A DNA stretch of 50,877 nt, counting the filler, from Bipalium vagum (Eukaryota): the NCBI GenBank assembly GCA_037834085.1. It is 3 parts of 3 records of this genome, joined end to end, with 100 filler letters (N's around TTAATTAATTAA, not from the genome) between each part and the next. Parts side by side here need not be neighbours in the genome. Positions count along the whole stretch, not along the records: positions 33,435 to 50,877 come from JBBMKC010065216.1; 2 more parts are not named here. One strand, given 5' to 3'. The notes below the pieces were generated by a model. That model did not search any database, had not been told where the DNA came from, and saw only the letters and a list, made by a program, of their open reading frames with translations. Made by a program: the position numbers and the translations under genes. This document shows, in pieces, positions 39,255-50,877 of this stretch. Each line of letters opens with the position of its first letter. Position 1 is the stretch's first letter.

Positions 39255-39441
39255 AACTTTTCAAACTTGGACCTCACCTTTTTTTAAAATTAACTAACAT
39301 TTATTTTAAATATTAAAAAAACCGTAACATTATAATTTTCAAAAACTTTTAATTAAAAACATTTAACAATTGTTAATTTAGGCGTGAGGTCCTTATTTTA
39401 AAAAATTCAAGAAAACTAATTGTTCGAACCACTCCTTATAA
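39255..39441. repeat. ~185-bp dispersed element, copy 2
   Basis: Colinear with 32058-32238. Confidence 0.85.
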
Positions 39442-41459
39442 GCATAAACGATATTTTTACATTAAGATTAAATATAAAACATTTTAATACTTTCTCATTC
39501 TCATACTCAACGTTTCTAATATTGATTTATTATAAAAACAGAAAATTAGAGCGCGCATAAATGATATATTTATTTATTTCGTAATTTAACCTTTATTTTT
39601 TCCATTCTAAACCTCAAAAATATAAACTTTTAACCTTTTAAATATTGATTTAACAATTTTTATAAAAAACAAAATATTTCCTTTTAGAATTTTGCAATTT
39701 AAATCTGTTCGTTACACAATATTTTTAAATGAACTATTGATACTTAAAATTATTTATGGTGAATTTTATTATTTTACTTCTATTAAGAAAAGGATTTATG
39801 AAATTTTAAAGTGAAATATTTTAAAATACTTTCACATTCATGTAATATTAGTTTTCAGTGTGTAATAATTAATCAATGTATTAATTAATACAACTCAAAG
39901 TTGTAAGCAAATCAAAGAATATTTTTGTACTTGTCAATTAGCTATTTTCTCCTACCAAAAGTGGTGCAAAAGTGAAAACAAAATTATAGTTTACGAGCTT
40001 TAAGTAAAATTTATAAAACCTAATTTAAGTCTAATATTTAAATGTTTTTAAAACTGTCATTTTAAATCTAAATTTTAAAGTGTACCTAGTTTGGCTTTGA
40101 TCTCGATTCAATCATTCTCTCATATTCCTAAAAGTAATTCATTTTTTATCTTCTTTTATAATAAATAATAAGAGGTATTAATGCTATTGTAGCTAATTAA
40201 GAAAGTAGATGTCTGTTGAGTTGATTCAAACCATACGGAACCCTTTCATCTAATATTTAAAGCTCTGTGCAAATATATGATAATTGTTGCTTGCTGAACA
40301 TCTATTTCGGAACCCATTCAGGAGTCTGTTGAAGAGAATTTCTCTCCAGCTTTCTTTATCAACTCCCGAAATACGATCAAATTAAAAATCATATTTGTTC
40401 ACAATAAAATATAAGTGCAAAACAGGTAAAAACAAAATAACAGGTTTCCAAAAACTATAATTTAACTGATTGATTTAATTAGCGCCATGAAATATGAGAG
40501 AAATCCTCATTCATCGAAACCTTAAACTTATTTTCATAGGCTATATTAAAATTATTCTTAAACAATAATCGTGGAAACTTAACTATATATTGATTTTAAA
40601 AATGTGTAAATTTTGGTTATTCATTATTTAATGAATTTAAACAAACATGCAATATTTTTATATTAAATTAAAATATATAAAAATATAGTACAATTTTAAA
40701 ATAATTAAAATTTATTTTATTTAAGATTTTAATTTATTTTATTTAAGATTTAAATTCAGTGAATAAAAGTGCGTTCAATAAAATCTTCATAAAAATTTTA
40801 AATATTTTCAAATACATAAAAATATTTGTCAGAGAGAATGATAATATAGCACATAATGATTACTTGATAAAAAGATTATAACATAATAGTTAATGTTAAG
40901 ATGTATGAATTATTATTACATTTATTTAAACATATTATAAAGAAGTTATGGCATAACAAAATAATCCAATGATAAAATTTTTTCTCGTGAAATATAATAT
41001 GAAATGTCTGATAAAATTTGTTTAAAACAATCTGGCATTCATAAGAGATATTCGTTAAAAAACCAAAGTGATTTTACAACTAATTTAACAATAATTTATA
41101 TTTATAAAAAATATGCAAGTATTTCCTATGAAATGAGATAAATAAATAATTCGGAAAATTCGGAATCTTTGGCATTCCATGGAACATCTTTCCTAAATAT
41201 CAGCTGATAATCTGAGGGATTCTGTGGGGTTTGGTACCTTGGCAGTAGGATAGAATCTTTGAAGCAGGAGTGTCGAAGGTTGATGTTTCTAGTTTGAGAC
41301 ATAGGAAATCTCGTTAGCGGTGGTGCCAGATTTTGTGCTCACATATAGTCGTTGCCGGTTGTCGGATAGGAGCTGCCATTCACTCGATGAACACACCTCG
41401 GCCGTCATAAGTCAATTGGTGTGCCGATTGACAGATATAACAAAAATGGTCAGAAAATG

Positions 41460-41620
41460 CTACAGTCATACTAATTCCAAATGATGTTTGAATCTCGCGA
41501 TAGGTGACATGACGATCAAACCAAATGAATTCTTTGATGACATCTATATTTGCTGTCACCCCAACTGATCTTTGACATCCTTCCTTAAAGTCATCGGTCA
41601 GGAAACTACAGCCACTATTA
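41460..41620 (-). mobile_element. Mariner N-terminal fragment
   Basis: LTDDFKEG..RSV...NIDVIKE.I..DRHVTYREI. Confidence 0.7.
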
Positions 41621-41999
41621 ATAAAAAAATTCAATTTTATCATTAAAAAGATAGATCACATCTAGCTGGTATATTATTGGTGTTTCTCAATGATTATGGA
41701 CCATATTAATAAATATTTTAAGCTGAAAGTTTGAAAAAGAAATTCAAAATTATTAACAAATAAAAATCTACATGGGAAATAAAAGCTTTTCATTTTACAA
41801 TCTCTTTTTGATTTTACAATATTCGGTTAAGAAATTCATAAGACTTGTCCAGATACAAAAGTTAGAAGTCATAAAATTTTCTACAGTAAACAAATAATGT
41901 AAATTGGGAAATAATATATATAAGCAGATATTATTTAATCTGTTTTAAATAATAACCGTTTAATGACTTTATTATAGTGCTTTCTTTAAAAATGCACCA

Positions 42000-42640
42000 G
42001 GAAGTTGAGTTTCAAAACGTTATTTGTGTTTTTGTTCTGAGGTGAATAGAAAAAATGGACATTATTTATCAGTTATATGAAGCATATTGAAATGAAGTTC
42101 CATGCAAGTTTATATTTAAAATTGGATCAAAGGATTATCTTCTGGCAAGAACCATTTAGTTGATTAAAAAACAGTGGATGACAATAAGAAATTGTCAGTG
42201 ACTTTCGAAAAATTAAAAAGTATTTTGAAAGACGAGAAACGTATTATCCAGTAGGAGTTGTCTTGTAGATTTAATTTAAGAAAGAAAGCTGTACAGAATA
42301 TTCTGGAGAGTATTGGAATCAGATAATTATTCAGTGAGTTCGTACTACGTTTTCTGACAAGATACATGCGAGAAAACAAGTGTCATAGTGTCAAGAAAAT
42401 CAGATCCTATTCACTGCTCTTGGACAGTATTTTCTGAAGAATATTATAACGGAGAATGATATGAATGCAAAAAGGATGAGCCTATCTTCGAAAATGATCT
42501 AATTTCAATATAAATCAATGGAAAAAGAAGCTGGAAGCAGAAGATGGTTATATAAAAAATAAATCTGTGTGCTGGCCTATACAGTTTAATTGTTTGTAAA
42601 TAAAAAGTTTCATCTTAGTATCATTCATATCTCTATACAA
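42000..42640 (+). mobile_element. Highly degenerate mariner-like remnant
   Basis: Scattered remnants ending EAEDGYIK; boundaries approximate. Confidence 0.35.
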
Positions 42641-44639
42641 GTTTAAAGACTTTTTATCCACATCACATTTTTTATTTTATAAGTTACAAATTCTTTTTTC
42701 CCTATTTAAGTTTACTATTTTCCTGACACCAACAATTCATCGTATCACAGTCTAGTTTTCACTATTAATTTACACAAATAATACTTCTTGAACATTTATT
42801 CCTCGAAAATCTATGATTGGAAAAGGAAAAAAGTAAAAGTTGTTCGTGTTACATGTTTTTATTGAAATCACAACATTACATTCACTTACATTTACATTAT
42901 ATTATTTCTTTTCATTATATTTTTAATTGAATTTTTTTCTAACTTGTTCTTATTTTATTTAATTAAAACAAAATAAACGTATTACACAAATTGTATGGGA
43001 AATATATAAAAAATCTTATTCTACATTAACATTTAATATCATTTCTAATCTTAGATGCAAATATTAACTTCTTGATTGTTCCTTCCGATTATTGTCATAT
43101 ATAATTATTTATTATTGGTTTAATTTATTTTAATTTCATGCATGCCATTTTTATTATAATATATTAAAATAAATTCATTTATTCTTCTGCCTCATGAGCT
43201 GTTGTTTATTAAATTGGTAAAATATCACAAACAATATCATTGGTATATTTTTCTTTATACATTACATTTTATATTTCAATTAATATAAAATAAATAAACA
43301 TTTGTAATAAGTTATTATTTGTTGACATTTCAATTATCCCAATAAATTTATAGGAATTCTTTTAACAATGGGTTTGAACTAAAATAGTGGCGGCAAAATA
43401 TTTACATTTAATTCTTGTTCAACAGTTGTCAAATTGGATTTTGTTTCCTATCTTATTGTTGGTGATATTTTGTAGAAATTGGGGACAGGGGAAAGCATCG
43501 TTATAATCGAAAATGTGCGGATTTTCTAATTGAAACCTAAATATCACCAATTCCATGCAGACGACCAATATGGATTGTCACAGTAGGCCCTTTAATTTTG
43601 ATTGGAATGAACAAATATTTTGCATCATTTTCCCAACATTTTGAACTTGTTAAAAGAATTCCCAAGACAATGGAAAAATAGAAATCATATTTTAAATGTT
43701 TTTTTAATTTCTTTAACGTTTGATTGAGGTGGATATAATAAAAGGTGTCAGGTTTTGTGAGGTATACTTTTAAGTGACGTGATTATGTTTGAAATGAAGG
43801 TTTTACGAGTCACAGTTTCCAACCATTTGTATTACTTAAATTATTTTTGTAATCAATAAATGTAAAAATTGATGGTTTACGTCTTACATATTCTGCCTCC
43901 AGTGATATTAACGTGCATTGGACAGTAAAGATAAGATATGTGGCTTTTAAAATAATGTACAGAGGTGTTCAATAAGATAGTAGTGTTAATGTAAAAGTTA
44001 TAACACATGAAATTTTTTTCTATGGTAAGAACTTCAGTAACAGTAATTTTCGTATAAAGAATGTTGGTAAACCTTATTTTGTTAAATCACAATCTGCATA
44101 AGTTTTTCAAGTTACGTAATTATTTTAATAAAATTGACTAAAATAAATGTTTTAATTAATAAAATTTGGGCTTTACATATTATTTACATAACACTTGAAT
44201 TTAATGAGTAAGATAAGATTGTAAGGGACAATGAATTAGTAATAATTTTAAAAGACGGCCATAAAAATAGTAAGAACTAAAGGCGGAAAATCCACCACGT
44301 TTATCAGCTGTGCATATGTGAACCGTCTCAAATTTGCAAAAGACCATAAGATTTTATCATACAACAATATCACTATACTATTTACAGGTCAAATTTAAAG
44401 TTATTTAAGAGAACTTTACACTAATGAAATCCAACATTGAAATAATTAAATATTAGGTCATCAAGTTTGAAATGCATAACTTTATATTGTCATTTTTAAA
44501 GTCTAATAACTCTGCGAATTTTTATTCTAAAATAATAAATTTTGTTTTAATATTTTTAAAACACTCGCGCCTTCAAAAAATCAAATAAGACATCTATTTC
44601 AGACCAATATGTGATTTTTAATCTACAGTTTGTAGATAA

Positions 44640-45225
44640 CGGAAAAATCCAAAATTCGCATAGTAATAAAATACGAGTTCCGTAGAAAATCCACGATATC
44701 TCAGACCGTCAAGAACATGAAGGATGTCTTCGGTGATAATGCTCCTAATCAAGATCTACCAGCCTTTGATTTAAAAAATTCAGATCTGAAGAATTTTGAG
44801 TGGAAAATCACCCCGAGGAAGACCTGAAACATCAATTTGGAATTGAAACCTGTCTTGCAAAACGGCCAGAGTCAAACTATCAGATTTAGCAACAAGATTT
44901 GATATTTCAGTCCAACTATTGTGGTTCATCTGAAACAAATTAATAAAGTCAAAATACTCAACCGATGGATGGAAGAATCTGGCAGAAAAACAGCCAAAAT
45001 TGGCCAATAGAGATAAACCGATTCTGCTCCATGCCAATGCCCGTCCTCATGTTGCAAATCGGACTCAATTAAAATTTTTGGAGATGCGTGTGGAAACAAT
45101 CGATCATCCCCCTTATTCTCCAAACATTTCACCTGCATATTATTGTTTTATCAAGAATATTGGACAACTTCCTACAAGAAAAAATTTTCAATTCTGCAGA
45201 GGCTGTCCAAAGTGCTTTCACTCAT
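44640..45225 (+). mobile_element. Internally deleted mariner
   Basis: KIRIVIKYEFRR N-terminus; LANRDKPILLHANARPHVA, HPPYSPNISP. Confidence 0.85.
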
Positions 45226-45519
45226 CAGTTTCGGATACTAATTATTTATCCTAATGGGATTCAACCACATGATATCCCATATATGTAATCTAGATACGGG
45301 TGTTTGGGGATATGTTTGGATGTGTTTATCCAATCTTGTGGTCATTTTTCTTAATTAATTTGCTTGGACATTTCAATCATTTTATCAGATATTTGGAAGC
45401 AAGACAATTACAAGACAAGATCTACAATTAATACATACCATTTTTAAGCAATTTTTTTGAATATTGTTAAATCAATAACATTTTAAAATTTCATAATAGC
45501 AATAAATACAAACAAAACT

Positions 45520-45760
45520 CGAAAATTTTATTCAAGACACCGAAAACTGGAAGCGGTTAACCACTTCGAAAAGTATGGCAATTCGACGGTATCTAAGGAG
45601 TTTGAAATAGACGAAGCAAACATACTGCGATGGAAAAATGAAGTGTATTTTACAGGTCATAAATCCAAACAAGCGGTGCCATCGATCCCAAAAATCGTTT
45701 TGCCCAGAATTGGATTCACAACTGAAGATATGGATTATTGACAGAAGAAATGAAAATAGA
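45520..45760 (+). mobile_element. pogo-like transposase DNA-binding fragment
   Basis: RKLEAVNHFEKYGNSTVSKEFEIDEANILRWK resembles Brinker-type HTH. Confidence 0.55.
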
Positions 45761-47340
45761 AGTTAAAATATTTTCTTTTGAGAATTTTAAAGGATTTCTT
45801 AATTATTTTTACATTCTTATTTGCCTTTATTTCAAAAAACATTTTCCTAGTCTCTTCGTTTTATCAAATATTTTTTTATAAACTCCTAAGAAAACTCCAT
45901 GGCTGCAATTTCATCTAAAAATAAATAATACTCTTTCATATACAAAGATTGGACCTATTACTTTTTTTAATTTATTTATAAAATAAATTAAGCTTACTAC
46001 ATTTTACTTTATTAAAAAAATTATTTAAAACACTTGTTTAAAATTTTACTCATTCCCCTATTAGTTTTAAGAGAATACAATTTCAAATGATTTTTTCCTT
46101 ACGACAAACTGATAAACTATTTGTTATTGAAAATATTTGCTTACTCAAAAGAGAATAAGATGAAATCTGATCAGTCATTAATATTTAATGGTTCAACAAA
46201 CGCTCCTGGGACTTCAGTCTTTTTCACATTAAATCAAATCTGTTGATTGGCTGAAGCAGTGGAATCAGCCGATTCTCTGTAATGTTCATCACTTTAATTC
46301 GCTTTCAAAGGTTACCAAGATAGATTCGTGCCAATTTAAGAAATTTATTATTTTTGCAATAAAAAATAATTTATAATTGTCTAAACCCAATGAGTTGGTA
46401 TTACTCAGTAAGAAATTTCTTATGTCCTTAGTCCCTTCAGTCCCATGAGATGATAAATCTGTACAATAATTGCAAATTAATCAAATCTGAGATCCAATGT
46501 ATTTGTGGTCAAGGATGTCTGTTTGGTCTTCTGTTTCCCATCTATTTGATACATAAATCAATTTGGATTTTTCCTTTCACTAAGAAATATTCCTAAACTC
46601 GCAGTTAGTTATGATAACTTACTAAATCATTAAGGTTTTGAGTTATGTTTCACTAATTGGAAACAATCTTCATTTAATATCCTCAATAATTATAATGAAA
46701 AACCTGACAGTAAACGCATCGCAATATTTAGAAATTGTCGGGTTCCCCAAACCCAGAGTTTGAAATCATAAGACCAATAGGGGTCCAAACAGGATTAAGA
46801 TTCAATGTTGTCCTATTAATAATAATAATATTATTAAAAATAAACCTGAGCTAAATTCCCAAAATAATAAAAGTATTGATAATTAGTACTAATAAAAACA
46901 GTATTAGCTTTACTATTTGGGATAAATCCGCAATTAGGGACTGATAAGATATTTCCCTTCAAGAATGACTCAAAGACTTGTGATAATTAAAGGAGAAATA
47001 ACGAGGAAAAATAGGGAACAAATGTCTTCCAAAACTTAGATTTATTAATGACAGAGAGAGTCGGATGGCTAAGTATGTAAAAGACGTGTCCTCGATGTGG
47101 CTGTCGAATTGGAAAATTTTAAAGATATTTTTTGTTTTGTTAATGTCGAAAGTACAAGGTTTATTATTTTTGGATGATTTCAGTGGGATAATTTTCAAGT
47201 CAAATTCATTTTTGTGTAGAATTTCCAGGAAAAGTTTATTGTCAAAAGATAATATTAAATCTGTTTTTGAAGACAAATTTCTTTGACAATAATAATATTA
47301 TTATTATATCTATTAAGAATGAAATTAAGACTGATTCATA

Positions 47341-47422
47341 ACTATTAGGTTGTAAAGAAAAAAATGGCGGTTTTTAACATCTAACTTTAAAGGAACACAT
47401 GACAGCTTTACAACCTAATAGT
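47341..47422. mobile_element. 82-bp mariner-derived MITE-like element
   Basis: Perfect 17-nt inverted ends ACTATTAGGTTGTAAAG / CTTTACAACCTAATAGT. Confidence 0.8.
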
Positions 47423-49965
47423 AATAAAATAATGCAGTAGAAGTTTGGTTAATGAGCGAAAGGAATTTGTTAAAAATTATTTGAAGAGAAATGATGAAGC
47501 AATATTGACATTATTATAATAAATATTAGTACTAATGAGAATATATGAATATTGTACACTTTTGAAACATACTTTCTATAAAACTGAATGATGTATAATA
47601 CCAGTGAGCTTTAGAAAATTCATTATTAAACATGTTATGGTCCTCATTGTTTATAATTTTAAAAGAGTATCGAATTAAGGTAACAAATTTTAATTTTAAA
47701 AGAATAATTTTCTGTATATAAGAATTATGTTTTTAATATTAATAATGGATGTTAACTTTTTATCCCGTGTACTGAATGCTCTGTCTAAATCTATAAAAAT
47801 TTATAACTAATATATATCGGATTAAAAAGTGGACCGCCAAAAATCTTGCACTTTTTTGTACTAAACACTCCTTATCATATGTTTAACACTCAAAATTGAT
47901 ATCACATTTATTGAATTTTCACAATGACTCGACTATTTAATTATTCTTTTTGGTATTATTATTATTGTTCTTTTTCGGACCCTTTTGTGGTCTTTAAAAT
48001 TAATTTATTATTATTACATTTTTCTAGAACCTAGTGGTCTTATAATTCAAATGTTAATTCGAAATGTTAAAAGAATGTTCCCATGGCTAACCCAAAAAAT
48101 TTGAAGCTATTTTGCCTGATTATATGAAGGTGCGCAATCTTTGCAGTTGTTGGATTTAACAGAAATTGAAAGGAATGTCGTGTGAAATGGTGCTAAATTA
48201 CTCCAGAAGTTGTTCGAATTTAATTTCAAACATCGTCATAGATGATTTTTATAGGGCCCTGGCACAAAGCAACAATCCATTGTTTGAGTATTTAGAGGTG
48301 AATCCAACACAAAATATTCGGTCCAGCAGTATTGTAAAAATGATTCCTTTTAAAAGGACATGTTACAATGAAACAGTGTCAATGTAGAATGGTTTACAAC
48401 AGATTTCTTACCACAGGTGGTTTTGAAACAATCACAATCGAAAAAGTACATTCCAGTCCGTTGATTAGATATATAGACTATCTTTATAAATTAGGTCATA
48501 ATGAAATATCTAAATGATATATTCATTCCAAAAGATTAGTGAAGTGCAGTAAATATTCTTTGCGACAGTTTTTGTTAGGTTATACAAAAATTTGGATGAT
48601 TTAAATTTATTCATTGAATTAAAAGACAAATTAAAATAAACAATATAATATTTATTCTAAAATGTAAATAATTGACCCATTATTGAATGTGCCAAATGTA
48701 TAAATATGAAAAATTCATTTTAAAAAATCCGTTATTTTGTAAGACAATTTCAAAATAGTCAGAGACATATTTTGCAAATTAAAGATCACAATTCCCGTTT
48801 AAAAACCTTTATATCAATTGATTATAAGCATAACTGGTGATCTATAGACTGTGAGAAAATTTGATCATAGAAATTACGTTTTGAAAATCTTTCCTCTTTA
48901 ATTATCAGAGTAAGAACATTCAATTATTTTACAATATTTTAATTATAGTCAATAAATCTGAGGACAACAGAAAATATTCATTCCTTTGAAACTAGAGATT
49001 GAGAGAGCATCTTTTGCTTCCGTCCTCGTTCAATGGATACGCTTAATTAGGTTTGTTCTGTTTAAAATTAATGGGATTAGTAAAAATAAAAAATAATATT
49101 AATGTCAAGTGAAAGTGATTTATCTAGGGTACATCGTTTTATTTTTTTCTTTCCTTTTATCAGTCTAATGGGTAATATCAATTATTAATTATAATTTCTG
49201 AAAAACATTATAAATATTGAAAAATAAATAATATAATTTCTAACATATTACTAAATATGAGCGTAATTAATTATGAGAAAACGAGCATTTCTAGCAATAT
49301 AATAAGATTGACTTGCAGTTCTCTCTTTAATTATTATTAATTAATACCGTCTTCAATCAGTTTCATTGATTAATAGATGATGCAACGTTGATGTCGTTCT
49401 TTTGATAATGATTGATGTCTTAAGATTTTTGATGATTGATTATGTTGCTATCGCTCTTATTACAAAGAATGAGCCAACCTTCGACAACTGCTGAAGGCAT
49501 TAATCTCAACACACGAGGCCAGAGAGTCTGCAAAACATCCATTGATCTATAAATATATAAATTGATAAAATATAATTTATTGAATCAATCATTAAAGAAT
49601 CAATATTTCAAATGAACACTGTTGAAGCATCTAATCAATATCGTTTTTAAAATTGAAATAGAGATTAGAGATCCTCTTAAGTTTGGAAAATTTAAAAGTT
49701 TTTAAAAATAAAAAAAGTTTTTAAAATAAAAAGTTGTACAGTTCTCATAAATTTCCACAAACTCAATATAATCACAAAATGAGATATCCTATCTATTCAA
49801 CACTTGTAAAATTTGGCATCTCTAATTTTGAGACAAATTTTTTTGTTGTAATATTTCAATTTTTAAAATTTAATTAATTTAATAGTATTAATCTAGAATC
49901 GGACTCACGACTGACACCTACAATAATGGTTTCATTTTTAAGCTTATAAAAAATCAACATTATAC

Positions 49966-50574
49966 TACCGTATAATTCCGTATATAAACCGCGGTCTATT
50001 CAGAGTTTTAATAAAAATTTCAAAAAAAAACAAAACAAGTAACTTATCATAAAGAAAACAAACTATTACACTCAACGTAAATAAGATACGTAAAATAATA
50101 GAAATAAAAAATAAAGTTTATTGAAAACCATTAAATTCTTACTCGGTTGATCCACTAAATGAATCCATTTCAAATTCTTCGGGTGGTGATAGAAAGAGAG
50201 CTTTATAAATGATGAACTTTAACCGAATCAAGAATAAGTAAAGACTTTGGATTATACAAAGAATCAGGTCTTCTTCACCAAATTTCATAAATCCATTGTT
50301 TCATAATTTCACTATTAAGTGACCCTTCGGATTCACCTTATGAATTATTCCATTTGAAATTTTTCTTTATTTAGGAATGTCTTTCTTTTGAAGATTACTA
50401 CTTGTGGCAGTTTGTTTTTTCATGACCACTTCTGATGCTTTTTAATCAACAGTATGATTTCTTGGCAAATCAAAAGTTATCGGAACCTCATCCATATTTA
50501 GCAAATGTTTAACATTAAAAAGTTAGTTTTTAGTGAAAAAAATAGTTGCAGTTTATATACGGAAATATACGGTA
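49966..50574 (-). mobile_element. Internally deleted pogo-family element
   Basis: TA-flanked TIRs CCGTATAwTTCCGTATATAAACyGC; LLNMDEVPITFDLPRNHTVD first-D motif. Confidence 0.88.
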
Positions 50575-50822
50575 CTATATTCAAAAAGTAAGGTAACTTA
50601 TAACTTGGAACCTCAGACAAATGTTGGAGTATAAAAACCTTTTATTTCTATTTTGCCACAACATTCACCTATATTTTTGCTGAATTAGTATTTCACTAAT
50701 CTTTATTATTCATGATTTCCTCCATATCAAATTTCTAAGTGGCAACTTAATTCTCCATGTAGCCAATACTTCAGGATATTCTCTGAAAATCTTTATTTTA
50801 TTATTAGTATTACATATATTAC

Positions 50823-50860
<38 letters not shown>

Positions 50861-50877
50861 TTATTCTTATTATTATT
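50823..50877. repeat. (TAT)n microsatellite
   Basis: TAT run with a few TCT units. Confidence 0.9.

Noticed and set aside
43400-43690. Possible secreted-protein pseudogene on minus strand
   Set aside because: Needs multiple frameshifts; no motif support
45212-45238. CTGATGAG..GAAA on minus strand as a hammerhead ribozyme core
   Set aside because: Stem II and flanking helices with a cleavage triplet cannot be formed
46850-47286. Overlapping 105-aa and 73-aa ORFs; possible TGA readthrough into a hydrophobic tail
   Set aside because: F/I/L/K/N-rich composition is expected from AT-rich DNA; no domain or readthrough signal
48030-48600. Possible LRR-like pseudogene
   Set aside because: Only one LxxLDL-like word, broken frames
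1-50877. CRISPR arrays, tRNA/rRNA, spliced-leader RNA, telomeric arrays
   Set aside because: None seen by eye; a covariance-model scan would be needed to exclude small RNAs

Overview
Very AT-rich eukaryotic (animal) genomic DNA. The ~50-nt introns, dense Tc1/mariner relics, innexin and DEG/ENaC genes suggest a planarian-like flatworm; this is inference only. The window is not one natural contig: two 100-nt spacers (44N-TTAATTAATTAA-44N) at 17393-17492 and 33335-33434 look artificial and split it into three blocks. Block 1 holds a multi-exon, minus-strand gene with degenerate EF-hand pairs (EFCAB6-like) that runs off the left edge and has a candidate pair of mutually exclusive EF-loop exons. 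Block 2 holds the 3' exons of a VWA5A/PARP4-C-terminal-like gene whose introns carry a maT-type transposon, a Gypsy relic and a mariner. It also has an LTR with a primer-binding site and an intact single-ORF 517-aa DEG/ENaC channel with a non-canonical G-V-G filter motif. Block 3 holds an innexin first coding exon cut off by the spacer, then mostly decayed DNA transposons and MITE-like elements. No transposon ORF is intact. I found no rRNA, tRNA or CRISPR, and no convincing novel multi-gene system. The best leads are the alternative EF-hand exon and the atypical DEG/ENaC pore. All assignments come from reading motifs by eye; no database search was run.
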